A stretch of 64,000 bases of DNA from a virus. Its lineage: Duplodnaviria > Caudoviricetes. Made by a program: the position numbers and the translations under genes. Shown here one piece after another: positions 47,196 through 55,835 of the stretch; the stretch's first letter is position 1; each line of letters opens with the position of its first letter. The stretch lies in IMG/VR virus record IMGVR_UViG_3300031577_000195, positions 1 through 64,000 of that record; one strand, given 5' to 3'. Under the pieces are notes generated by a model. The model was given only the letters and a program-made list of their open reading frames with translations, did not search any database and was not told the origin of the DNA.

Positions 47196-47900
47196 ATGAG
47201 AAAAATAATTATTCTTGCACTAATTTTTGTTATCAGTTATTCATCTATAAGTGAAGCCTTTGAGTCTGACTGGTTGTATTTGGGCAATCTTATGCTAAAT
47301 AGCGATGACTATATAGATAAGAACTCCATAAAAGTCACTGGAGCGACAATTAAATATTGGGAGAGGAACTATGATCATTCTAAAAGCCATTATTTGGGTA
47401 ATGAGGAAGGTTTTAAAAAAGCTATTGAAAGAGATGAGTTATTAAAACTTGACTATCTTTCTGAAAATGAATTTAATTATATTGATTTACAACATAGGAC
47501 TTTAACACGAATTCATAATTATGATGAAGGTAAGGTTGTTAATGTTTTTTCATCCCCTGATGAAAAATTTCAAGACATTAATTTAGCGACTGAACGTGAA
47601 GCAGCTACCGCATTAGCAGCATATCTGGGTACTCAAGTATTATCATGGGAAAAAATTAAAGAGACTGAAGATAAAGAAGTTTATCTTTCTGATCTAATTG
47701 ATAAACAGAGAAAATTACTTTGGGGATGTATAAAAAGGAAAGCTTCCCCCGATAAACCTACGTTCAGCCTCTTGCAGTATCAAGATGATAAACTAACAGT
47801 TATTTATGACTTAATTTACCTAGAGTCTCACTTTAAGTTTCAATCTGAGAATAAAGTATCTTGTTATTATTATATTACCAAGCACGCTAGTCTAAAATAG
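47196..47900 (+). CDS. Exported moron protein (adhesin-E-like N-terminal fold possible)
   Basis: Signal peptide ending SEA; W.YLG....YIDKNSI....KYW. Confidence 0.7.
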   Translation: MRKIIILALIFVISYSSISEAFESDWLYLGNLMLNSDDYIDKNSIKVTGATIKYWERNYDHSKSHYLGNEEGFKKAIERDELLKLDYLSENEFNYIDLQHRTLTRIHNYDEGKVVNVFSSPDEKFQDINLATEREAATALAAYLGTQVLSWEKIKETEDKEVYLSDLIDKQRKLLWGCIKRKASPDKPTFSLLQYQDDKLTVIYDLIYLESHFKFQSENKVSCYYYITKHASLK

Positions 47901-47904
47901 GCGT

Positions 47905-47932
47905 GGTCTCTTTTTGATTTTCAAGAGTGGTC
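47905..47932 (+). repeat. Moron junction repeat, copy 2
   Basis: ggtctctttttgattttcaagagtggtc. Confidence 0.8.
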
Positions 47933-48036
47933 GCAGGTAATAATTTGGGTAATTTTACATGAATTTCAAAGGAATATTTTTCCTCTTGTCGAATTTTAGG
48001 ATTATACTAAAGTTTACAGGAGGTTTTTTAATTTTT

Positions 48037-48636
48037 ATGGATAATGCACCAAAAGCTTCATCAGGTTCTTCCGGTTGGCTATTATTATTTATATTAATAT
48101 TCTTTTTATTAATAGCCTCATGCTCAAGTTCTAATTCAACAACAACAAATACCAGCCAAGACGAAGCTAGTTATAATACTGGATTAACTTACTTAAGAAA
48201 TCATGAATATGGTAAAGTAGGCCCACCTCTTGTTGCTCTAAAGCTTAAAAATTATAGAGACTCAAAAGTCCTTTATAATTACGCAAACGCTCAGCTAAAT
48301 AAAGATAGTGACCCCAGTATGGCAGAATTTTACCTTAAGGATATTCCAGATACATACAAAGGTGAATTTGCTAATGAAATAAATGCTTTACGTGAAAAAG
48401 TTAAAGAACCAGCGGAAAAACAACGCAAATCAGAAGCTGAAACGAAAAAGGAAGCTGCCAAGGAATATGCAAGTAAAATCCATATTGGCGATAGCAAAGA
48501 AAAAGTTTTAAATTTATGGGGATCACCAGAACATAGAAATAGAACAGTTATCGGAAATCGTGTTCATGAACAATGGGTATATGGAGATACTTATATTTAT
48601 ATTGATGATGGAATTGTAACAGCATTTCAAGACTGA
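48037..48636 (+). CDS. Membrane-anchored/lipoprotein-like moron
   Basis: AGGAGG SD + ATG at 48037; TM then LIASC; C-terminal GDSKE.V...WG.P....HEQWVYG domain. Confidence 0.75.
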   Translation: MDNAPKASSGSSGWLLLFILIFFLLIASCSSSNSTTTNTSQDEASYNTGLTYLRNHEYGKVGPPLVALKLKNYRDSKVLYNYANAQLNKDSDPSMAEFYLKDIPDTYKGEFANEINALREKVKEPAEKQRKSEAETKKEAAKEYASKIHIGDSKEKVLNLWGSPEHRNRTVIGNRVHEQWVYGDTYIYIDDGIVTAFQD

Positions 48637-48663
48637 TATCTTTACAATTTGTAGGAGGATTTT

Positions 48664-49020
48664 ATGTTAATGGAACCATTTATTGTCTTTGCTATACTTA
48701 TAGGCTTGATACCCGCAATTATAGCAAGTTGCAAAGGAAGAAACTTCTTTTTGTGGTGGTTATATGGTGCAGCTCTATTTTTAATAGCTCTAATACATTC
48801 GTTATTCTTAAGTCCAAACGATAATGCAAAGTTAGCAAATGGAATGAAAAAGTGTCCATTCTGTGCTGAAGTTATAAAGCCAGATGCTAAAGTCTGTAGA
48901 TATTGTGGTAGAGATTTACCAAAGCCTGAATTAAAAATAGAATGTCCTAATTGTAAAGCTATGGTAAGCATAAAATACTCATATTGCAAAAACTGCGGTA
49001 ATGCAATGCCTAACACTTAG
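48664..49020 (+). CDS. Membrane protein with zinc ribbons (superinfection-immunity-like moron)
   Basis: IGLIPAIIA..KGRNFFLWWLYG; KKCPFCAE.IK..AKVCRYCG; CPNC...C..CG. Confidence 0.8.
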   Translation: MLMEPFIVFAILIGLIPAIIASCKGRNFFLWWLYGAALFLIALIHSLFLSPNDNAKLANGMKKCPFCAEVIKPDAKVCRYCGRDLPKPELKIECPNCKAMVSIKYSYCKNCGNAMPNT

Positions 49021-49051
49021 ATTGTACAAAATGAGAAATAGCCTTTCGTGG

Positions 49052-49085
49052 TAGACCACTAGACAAAACTGGTGGTCTTTTCTTT
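49052..49085. terminator. Intrinsic terminator closing the moron array
   Basis: AGACCACTAG-ACAAAA-CTGGTGGTCT-TTTCTTT. Confidence 0.8.
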
Positions 49086-49559
49086 ATGTCCCTTCTATAG
49101 TAATACATATGGATATCTTTGGTTATCTTATGGTATCTATGGCGGCGAAGCCGTATAGGTTATCATAAGTCAATCAAAGTACAGTATATGTCAGACTATA
49201 GGTCAATCTAAACAATTAGTCATAGCTTAATCTTATCCTTGATTGGTAATCTTTTACCTGTATAGCAAATCCTTAACCATTGTGATAGCTTTATGCAAGT
49301 GTAGTGGAGCGATAGCGGAACATAGCGCAGCATAAACAGAACAATGCTTTATCTTTACTATAGGTATAGGCTTAAGATATCCATATGATAAAATTCTTGT
49401 TATCTTTTCCCCCGCCAAGAGCGGGGCCAAAAGTTTACCAAGAGTAAGTTCATATAGTATGACTTAAGGTATAAGGTAATGCTAACGCGCTACGCTTGTT
49501 TGGTTCGCTTAAGCTCACCATACTTTTAAAATAAATTCTAAATTCTTGACTATAGTAAA

Positions 49560-49717
49560 GCCTTATAGTTGACCCATTGGAAACTTAATTATTCTTGTGT
49601 GATATAGAGAGAGTATTTTCCACTGTCAAAACCGTGTACCCCTTATAGCATAAGGCTTCAAGGCACTTTTTCGATTCCGTCAGGGCGGACTACATGTGTC
49701 CGTGTACACGGAATGGG
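49560..49717. other. Candidate replication origin
   Basis: TCCG..CGGA boxes incl. perfect palindrome TCCGTGTACACGGA (49699-49712) immediately downstream of the Rep-like gene, followed by an AT-rich tract. Confidence 0.4.
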
Positions 49718-50197
49718 TTACTTAAGATACTCAAAAAACTCAGGGTTCAACGTATAGTAAACCCTACCTTCATCCTCAATAATTTTCATAATACCCATTT
49801 GTTTTAACTTATTGACAACCTCATAGAACTTAGTTTTCTTAAGCATGGTCATATTCATAATCTTTTCTTTGGTTAAAGGTATATTATTTTTATCTACAAG
49901 CAAGCCATTACCAGGAGCTAGCCAGTACTGTAAAGTAAATAAAAATCCTCTATCGACTATTGATAAATTCTTATCCACGCACAACTCCCTCCCCCTTGCT
50001 CTATATGACTTAATGAAATGTAAAGACTTATTAAGTTTACGTTCAGCCCTATCTCTAGCTATGTCTATTGATTCATCTTTGTTTAACTCCTGGATTAGCT
50101 TCTGTCTCATGGCTATCCTTAGTTGATCCTCGGTCATAGAATCGACTGTATCTATGGCTACATTCATTCTCTCAGTAGCACTTCTTATCAATAACAT
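49718..50197 (-). CDS. RepL-like replication initiator (winged helix)
   Basis: DRGFLFTL.......L.....KFYEVVNKLKQMGI......YYTLNPEFF. Confidence 0.65.
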   Translation of the reverse strand: MLLIRSATERMNVAIDTVDSMTEDQLRIAMRQKLIQELNKDESIDIARDRAERKLNKSLHFIKSYRARGRELCVDKNLSIVDRGFLFTLQYWLAPGNGLLVDKNNIPLTKEKIMNMTMLKKTKFYEVVNKLKQMGIMKIIEDEGRVYYTLNPEFFEYLK

Positions 50198-50358
50198 TCC
50201 ACCCTTTCCATCAATGGTATCCCTAGCATTTTCTTAGGTGGACTATCGCCATATTGAATCAAACAGTTACCACAGTATGATCTACGCAATCTCCAGAAGT
50301 CTTCATAGTCATCGTCAACTTCTTGGGTAAAACCACAATCTGGACATTGGAATAACAA
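50188..50358 (-). CDS. Small zinc-finger protein (56 aa)
   Basis: AAGGAG SD + TTG; CPDC...CGNC. Confidence 0.55.
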   Translation of the reverse strand: MLFQCPDCGFTQEVDDDYEDFWRLRRSYCGNCLIQYGDSPPKKMLGIPLMERVECY

Positions 50359-50621
50359 TTTTACATCTCTCCTTATCTATAAAATAAATAAAGAGAGTGG
50401 AACGGTAGTTATCCATTAAGACTCTCTTGTAAAACAAAAAAAATAATCACATGAAAATCACATGGTTATCCATCTTCATCCAGGATTCTCTTAGTGTTTC
50501 TGTTGTCTAAACTTAAAACATCACACAAGCACCATAACTCTGCCAATAGGCATAATAAAAGTACCAACCTAAGTTAGTCCCTTTGTTAAAACTATTGATT
50601 TTCTGTTGTTTTTACTTATGG

Positions 50622-50701
50622 TAATACAAATGTACCCCCTAGTACAAAAGATACCAAAAAACACCCCTTATACACATGTTTCTGACATTAGAATCGATTC
50701 T
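50622..50701. repeat. Dispersed ~80-bp intergenic element, copy C (diverged)
   Basis: gtaatacaaatgtacc...aaaaacacccc...tttctgacattagaatcgattct. Confidence 0.8.
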
Positions 50702-50718
50702 AATGATTAACAAAGACA

Positions 50719-50748
50719 TTGACTGCAATTACAAACTAGGTGTATAAT
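50719..50748 (+). promoter_or_regulatory. Sigma-A promoter of the recombinase-fold gene
   Basis: TTGACT-N18-TATAAT. Confidence 0.65.
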
Positions 50749-50799
50749 TTTAAGTACAATTGGAAATACTTAGGATAATATATCCATAGGAGTGATATT

Positions 50800-51288
50800 A
50801 TGGTAAGACCTAAAACTCTAAATAAGATGGATGTTATAGAAGCCTTATTTTCACATAAGTTCACACCTGAAGAAATTGTTGACTTAACGAAAGAAAACAT
50901 AACTAAGGATGGCATAAGTATCAACGGTAAAACACTAGAAATCCCTCCTGGTAGTGACTTAATAAAGGCACTTGGGAATTACTTAAGAAGCAAGTACCCA
51001 GGACTTCTACAGCCTTACTTGTTTAGCTCAAGAAGTGGCGACAAGTGGCCTACAGATAACCTAGTGAAATCATTTGGTATATGGCTAAAGAAGAATGGCA
51101 ATGGTAAAACTTTAGCTGATTACGGACTTAAAGCACCGAATCCTAGGAGCAAGGTTAACTGTAATTCAATGGATGATATACTAGCGTTTCTTAACAAGAA
51201 AGAAGCATTAATATCTTTGGAAAATCCATCGTTAGATACAGTGCTTAAGGTTGCCGAAAATAGTAACAAGAAGACCGCCGATCAATAG
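50800..51288 (+). CDS. Degenerate tyrosine-recombinase-fold protein (putative DNA-binding regulator)
   Basis: ALFSHKFTPEEIVDLTKENI approximates box I with Arg->Thr; YLFSSRSG; no HxxR or catalytic Tyr. Confidence 0.5.
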   Translation: MVRPKTLNKMDVIEALFSHKFTPEEIVDLTKENITKDGISINGKTLEIPPGSDLIKALGNYLRSKYPGLLQPYLFSSRSGDKWPTDNLVKSFGIWLKKNGNGKTLADYGLKAPNPRSKVNCNSMDDILAFLNKKEALISLENPSLDTVLKVAENSNKKTADQ

Positions 51289-51302
51289 GCGGTCTTTTCT
51301 TT
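51272..51302. terminator. Bidirectional terminator
   Basis: AAGACCGCC-gatcaata-GGCGGTCTTTTCTTTT. Confidence 0.8.
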
Positions 51303-51378
51303 TGGAGCTAATGAGAGGACTTGAACCTCCAACATGCTAATTACAAATAAGCTGCTCTACCAATTGAGCTACACTAGC
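51303..51378 (-). tRNA. tRNA-Thr(UGU)
   Basis: GCTAGTG acceptor, D-loop TGGTA, anticodon loop TTTGTAA, GGTTCAAGTCC, encoded CCA. Confidence 0.92.
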
Positions 51379-51381
51379 ATA

Positions 51382-51456
51382 TGGCGAATCGGCTAGGACT
51401 CGAACCTAGATCGCAAGGTTTTGGAGACCTGCATGTTTCCATTACACCACCGAAAC
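51382..51456 (-). tRNA. tRNA-Trp(CCA), acceptor stem with two U-U mismatches
   Basis: Anticodon arm CAGGT-CTCCAAA-ACCTT, CTAGG-TTCGAGT-CCTAG, G-CCA end. Confidence 0.85.
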
Positions 51457-51498
51457 GTAACAGTGGGATTCATTTGGCTCCCACTAGGCCATCTTAAG

Positions 51499-51687
51499 TT
51501 ATTCCTCTAGTAAATCTTCAAGATAACCTATCTTTTCACTTTGGAGCATCACAAATTGCATCAATGTTTTCAAAAGAGCTTCTTTGAGCATTTCGTTTTC
51601 CTCAAGCAAACACTCTGGACAAATCTCAGGTTCATCTTTAGATGGCACAGGAACTCCAAGAATTTCACACAAGTCTTCTACTGTCAT
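51499..51687 (-). CDS. Hypothetical protein
   Basis: CPEC + coiled coil. Confidence 0.6.
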   Translation of the reverse strand: MTVEDLCEILGVPVPSKDEPEICPECLLEENEMLKEALLKTLMQFVMLQSEKIGYLEDLLEE

Positions 51688-51690
51688 ATT

Positions 51691-52071
51691 CTAAGCTCCC
51701 CTTTTGTTTAATTCTTTGGCCTTCTGGTAGATAGCTTCAGTATAACCAGCAGGTAATTTCTTGCCTAAAATCTGTTTGGATTCATATAGTATCTTCGCAA
51801 GTGTCATTCGGGTCTGCTTGATATCCATGTAGGGTAACAAGTCACAGATCACTTGATACGCTTGACTTCCATAAGTCTCAAACTCAATAGCATCTTTGCA
51901 TCCTGGCTTACTTTTGATTCTTCTGTAGCCCTTGTAGTGGTCAGACATAAGGTTCACTAGTTCTTCCCTAGTATTGCATACGCCTACTGCTATTGTTCCG
52001 TTAGATTTAACTCTACACCATCCTTCAGATGCTACAAGACACGCAAGTTTAGCTTTCTCTACCTCAGTTAT
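51691..52071 (-). CDS. Free-standing single-motif LAGLIDADG endonuclease-like protein (AUA start)
   Basis: In-frame extension upstream of the ORF-track start gives EKAKLACLVASEGW...VGVCNTREELVNLM; GGAGG SD 9 nt before ATA. Confidence 0.65.
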   Translation of the reverse strand: MTEVEKAKLACLVASEGWCRVKSNGTIAVGVCNTREELVNLMSDHYKGYRRIKSKPGCKDAIEFETYGSQAYQVICDLLPYMDIKQTRMTLAKILYESKQILGKKLPAGYTEAIYQKAKELNKRGA

Positions 52072-52073
52072 AA

Positions 52074-52763
52074 CTACCGACCTCCTTTTGTTAAATGTTG
52101 AGTATTTTGGACAAACTTAGCCCTTGGTTTCATTTCTTTGTTCGTACACTTGATTCCACATTGTGAACATATGCCCTCTGTATAGGTATCTATGGCACAC
52201 TTATGTTTACTTTTGTACTCCTTAGTGTCACGATGTTTATTATAAGACCAATAGCCGCCATTGTTTACTTTCATAAGTCTTGTCCCTAGCCACCCTATGT
52301 GATGCTTGGGCGTACTCGCTTCTTCCATTGATTCATTCGGTAGCAATAAATCTTTACATAGGGTATTACTGACGGGTGTACATTTTTGCTTGATTTTAGC
52401 CGTAATACGCTGTAGTTCCTTAATTCCGATCTTTGTTAAAGCTATCCTCTTGTTTTCTTCTGTTTTCTTCGATTTATAGCCACTTGCGTTCTTGAGTAGC
52501 TTTTTATATTCGCCTACAACATGCTCCCCTATTTGCTCGAACGTCATCTTGTCAATACAGTACATGTAGAATATCTCTCGTTCCTTTGGACTCAACTTAG
52601 ACAACACAAGTTTAATCATTTGTACTATCTCTTGTCGCTTTTCTTTCTCCACCAGGATTTCACATGGGTCAAGTCCTTGCGTCCTCCCATAGTTTTCAAT
52701 CAAATAATCTTCATCAAGGTATTTCTTTTGTATATCATCGAGTAATGCTGCTAGTTGATCTAT
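52074..52763 (-). CDS. Sigma70 region-4-like transcriptional regulator
   Basis: LSPKEREIFYMY....MTFEQIGE; C-terminal Cys cluster; best SD (GGAGGG) precedes ATA at 52763. Confidence 0.65.
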   Translation of the reverse strand: MDQLAALLDDIQKKYLDEDYLIENYGRTQGLDPCEILVEKEKRQEIVQMIKLVLSKLSPKEREIFYMYCIDKMTFEQIGEHVVGEYKKLLKNASGYKSKKTEENKRIALTKIGIKELQRITAKIKQKCTPVSNTLCKDLLLPNESMEEASTPKHHIGWLGTRLMKVNNGGYWSYNKHRDTKEYKSKHKCAIDTYTEGICSQCGIKCTNKEMKPRAKFVQNTQHLTKGGR

Positions 52764-53124
52764 GGTTATCCCTCCGTTTCGTCTTGCGTTCTTCTTCCTT
52801 AAGTTGAAACTCCATACTAGCCTTAATTTTCGCATGAGTATTCTTAATTGCACTAAACCAATCATAAGGTTTACTCTGTGACATCATCGTATGAATATGT
52901 TTAAATGTTCTTACAGTAAATTCACCACTGTCTATCTTATGCTGTCTGCAGCCCACCCCTTGCCATTCATCGATATCACCATGGATTAACATAGGATACT
53001 CATCTATGTATTCAACCTTAAAGTACTGACTAAAGTAATCTTGTGCTGCTTCTTTAGAACCTTCAATCCCTAAACGCCAAAAGTTGCAAGTTTTATCCTG
53101 AAGTAAAAAATAATGATATATCAT
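52735..53124 (-). CDS. Hypothetical protein
   Basis: GGAGG SD + ATG after motif copy 6. Confidence 0.7.
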   Translation of the reverse strand: MIYHYFLLQDKTCNFWRLGIEGSKEAAQDYFSQYFKVEYIDEYPMLIHGDIDEWQGVGCRQHKIDSGEFTVRTFKHIHTMMSQSKPYDWFSAIKNTHAKIKASMEFQLKEEERKTKRRDNHRSTSSITR

Positions 53125-53154
53125 AACCACCTCCATTGTTAATTGTTGAGTATT

Positions 53155-54222
53155 TTAGGCAGACTTAATGCGCTCATTAGCAATATTACAGTAGTTTTTA
53201 TCAAGCTCAAATCCTAAATATCCAAAGGTTAGCTCCTGTGCTGCTACTAATGTTGTCCCTGAACCACTAAAGGGGTCTAGCACTAGTCCTCCTGGTGGTG
53301 TCACAAGTGTTATTAAGTATTTCATAAGTGACTGAGGCTTAACTGTTGGATGGTTGTTGTTTAATCCACGGTCCTTCTTGGACGCTTTGGAACAATAGAA
53401 GAATCTTGAAGCTCCACCTGAATCACCATAGCAAACCATTTCTGTCCCTTCTGGTCTACTTTCTTTTCCGTAAGTATTCCCTTGATAACCATTGCTTGTA
53501 GATTTCTTTTTTGCACCAGTTCCACTTGTTAAAACTCCTGTTTGTTCGTCAAGCAATTTTCCGGCCTCTTCGTCTAATATTACATTAGCCGGGAAACGAC
53601 CTAGTTCATTAGGAATATATACAGTATCACGTTCACGCTCTGAATTATCGGCTTTATAAGCGTTGTTTTTTATATTCTGATTTGTGGTAGATTTGATTTT
53701 ATCTGTAGTCCCTATCCTGCTTTTGTCAATGTTAATTCCACCAGTTCCCCATTTAAGCACATTAGCGACTATAGTCTTCTCTGATAGCCGTTTTCTAGCG
53801 ACTACTATAGGTTCATTTGCAGGCTTTAGCGCAGTACCCCAGCCCTGCCATTGGATAGCTTCGGGTTCAGCTCCCGCCGCTTTGTCTATAGCCTTCGATA
53901 TGTTCATACTCTTTGGAAATCCACTTCCATAAACCCACTGAATTTGATCACGTATCTCAAAACCTGCGTCTTCAATAGCACAGGCCATCCTATGATACGT
54001 CCTAGTCCCACCAAAGGATAACAAATGTCCTCCTGGCTTTAACACTCGTAAACATTCGCGCCATACGTCAACACTATAGGCAACCCTCGAACTGTCCCAT
54101 TTCTTACCCATAAACCCAAGCTCATACGGGGGGTCTGTAACTATAGAATCAACACTATTATCATCTAGCAACTTCATACCTTCGATGCAATCCATGTTAT
54201 ACACTTGGTTAATCTCTAGCAA
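53155..54222 (-). CDS. Orphan DNA amino-methyltransferase (N6A/N4C, beta class)
   Basis: DSIVTDPPY ... HPTVKP ... VLDPFSGSGTT; no cognate REase nearby. Confidence 0.93.
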   Translation of the reverse strand: MLEINQVYNMDCIEGMKLLDDNSVDSIVTDPPYELGFMGKKWDSSRVAYSVDVWRECLRVLKPGGHLLSFGGTRTYHRMACAIEDAGFEIRDQIQWVYGSGFPKSMNISKAIDKAAGAEPEAIQWQGWGTALKPANEPIVVARKRLSEKTIVANVLKWGTGGINIDKSRIGTTDKIKSTTNQNIKNNAYKADNSERERDTVYIPNELGRFPANVILDEEAGKLLDEQTGVLTSGTGAKKKSTSNGYQGNTYGKESRPEGTEMVCYGDSGGASRFFYCSKASKKDRGLNNNHPTVKPQSLMKYLITLVTPPGGLVLDPFSGSGTTLVAAQELTFGYLGFELDKNYCNIANERIKSA

Positions 54223-54563
54223 ATTCGCGTTCCTCCCATCCTAATCTCATCTACAGAATAATACACAGGCATTCCTAATTCTTTAGCTCTATTTAGTTCC
54301 ATTAGACTGCCTTTAGACTCTCCTAAGAACAATAATGCATCACATTGTTCCAACCAATGCAAGTCCCAATCTATCCACTTTTCCCAGGAAATACCAATTC
54401 CTCTTTCTTTCGCCCAGATGTCTACCCAATGAGATAACAACGGTATAAACGGATAGATACCCATTTGCATCAACTGTACTCCAGCTTCTATTTGTTTATT
54501 GGCATTGGCTTCCATTTGCTCTTTTGTAGGTGCCGTATAAGGACTAGCTATATAGACTCTCAT
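54216..54563 (-). CDS. DUF4406 / nucleoside 2-deoxyribosyltransferase-like protein
   Basis: VYIASPY...P....W...DL.WL..CDA...GESKG...E...A..LG.PV. Confidence 0.75.
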   Translation of the reverse strand: MRVYIASPYTAPTKEQMEANANKQIEAGVQLMQMGIYPFIPLLSHWVDIWAKERGIGISWEKWIDWDLHWLEQCDALLFLGESKGSLMELNRAKELGMPVYYSVDEIRMGGTRIC

Positions 54564-54586
54564 TCAAAAATCTCCCTTCTTCCCTG

Positions 54587-55210
54587 CTATCTCACACCAG
54601 TTGAACCAGTGCCACCCTTTCGTTCTCCATTAGCTTCATCATCATCTATCTTAAGATACTTATAGAATATTCCTTGACCTATTCTGTCATGCGTCTTAAT
54701 CTCAACATCGCTATCACCCAAGTTGATTACGGCGAACATTATATGTCCTTCATTGTTTTCATTATTGTAATAATCTGAGTCAATAATCCCTTGTGCATTA
54801 ACCAGTGTTAATCCTTTCTTAACCGCTAGACTTGACCTAATATGTAACCCAAGGTATTCATCAGACATCATATAAGCTTTTACTCCTGTTGGAACTAATG
54901 TTACCTTATGCGGTTCTATGGTTATATCTGCTGCAACTTCAAAATCATAACCAGCACTATTCTTAGTCATCCTCTTGGGTAGACTAATATCCTCATATCC
55001 TGAGACTACTTCAAATCCACGACCACCTCCAGGTAATCTAAGGTTACTCTCTAAGAAAGTCCATTCTTGGCCATTTACAAAGACATAGTAACTTTCAAAA
55101 TCTGCATAAGTAACCTCTCCAATTGCACCTATGCAATCCATAAGCTCATCAATATATTCGTCTCCTGGTGGTACTCCTATGATTTCTACCTTATCTCCAA
55201 TGTCAAACAT
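54587..55210 (-). CDS. dut: Trimeric dUTPase with N-terminal SH3/KOW-like extension
   Basis: SAGYD, RSSL, GIIDSDY, RIGQG, RKGGTGSTG. Confidence 0.93.
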   Translation of the reverse strand: MFDIGDKVEIIGVPPGDEYIDELMDCIGAIGEVTYADFESYYVFVNGQEWTFLESNLRLPGGGRGFEVVSGYEDISLPKRMTKNSAGYDFEVAADITIEPHKVTLVPTGVKAYMMSDEYLGLHIRSSLAVKKGLTLVNAQGIIDSDYYNNENNEGHIMFAVINLGDSDVEIKTHDRIGQGIFYKYLKIDDDEANGERKGGTGSTGVR

Positions 55211-55570
55211 CTATTCGACCTCCTTAAGTGAATCTTCAGTAGCATATATGTTATATACTGGATTCCCCACGGTAGCAAAATAGCGATATTTATTAGGTTC
55301 ACCAATCCAATGTATTTCTTTAACTCTATAGTAACACCCGCAATACTCCACGAATTGACCAATGGCAAACTTAGGTTTAGGCTGTGGCCTGTAGATTCGC
55401 CACTCTTCGTCAACCACTGAGTCGTTTTCATGATCAAAGAAAGATGAGCCATCGTCATATACAAATCGTCTTACTTTATCGTCAAAACATATATACTTGT
55501 AATCTTCAAATGAATCTGATGTTATCTTTTGACCATCAATAGCAGCCTTAAGTGCTTCTTTATAGTTCAT
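55211..55570 (-). CDS. Hypothetical protein
   Basis: SD and coupling. Confidence 0.7.
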   Translation of the reverse strand: MNYKEALKAAIDGQKITSDSFEDYKYICFDDKVRRFVYDDGSSFFDHENDSVVDEEWRIYRPQPKPKFAIGQFVEYCGCYYRVKEIHWIGEPNKYRYFATVGNPVYNIYATEDSLKEVE

Positions 55571-55823
55571 TAGTTACCTCCCTTGCTAAGTCCATTTCCA
55601 ATACACTGTCCACGCAAAATCTTTCAGTGACACAATCTTGATATGCTATTTGATATTTTGCATTATTAAAGCTATCTAAAAATTGTCTGTAATTGAAATA
55701 TCCAAAAGTGTAAGGGTTCAGTAAAGATACACCCACAACTACTCCTCGATTGTATCTATCATCTATTTTTCTTGAGGATAGTATAAATAACTTTTGCCCA
55801 AGTTTATACTTTGGTTTAAACAT
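55560..55823 (-). CDS. Hypothetical protein
   Basis: GGGAGG SD. Confidence 0.7.
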   Translation of the reverse strand: MFKPKYKLGQKLFILSSRKIDDRYNRGVVVGVSLLNPYTFGYFNYRQFLDSFNNAKYQIAYQDCVTERFCVDSVLEMDLAREVTNEL

Positions 55824-55835
55824 CAGGTTACCTCC

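Noticed and set aside
51460-51490. Possible third tRNA
   Set aside because: Only a simple GTGGGA/TCCCAC hairpin; no cloverleaf or TTC loop
51691-52071. Group I intron or intein associated with the LAGLIDADG gene
   Set aside because: It lies between complete ORFs with its own SD; no split host gene or intein Cys/His-Asn termini; DnaE, TerL and NrdD show no intein-sized inserts
53155-54222. Restriction-modification system
   Set aside because: Orphan methyltransferase with no adjacent endonuclease; common in phages
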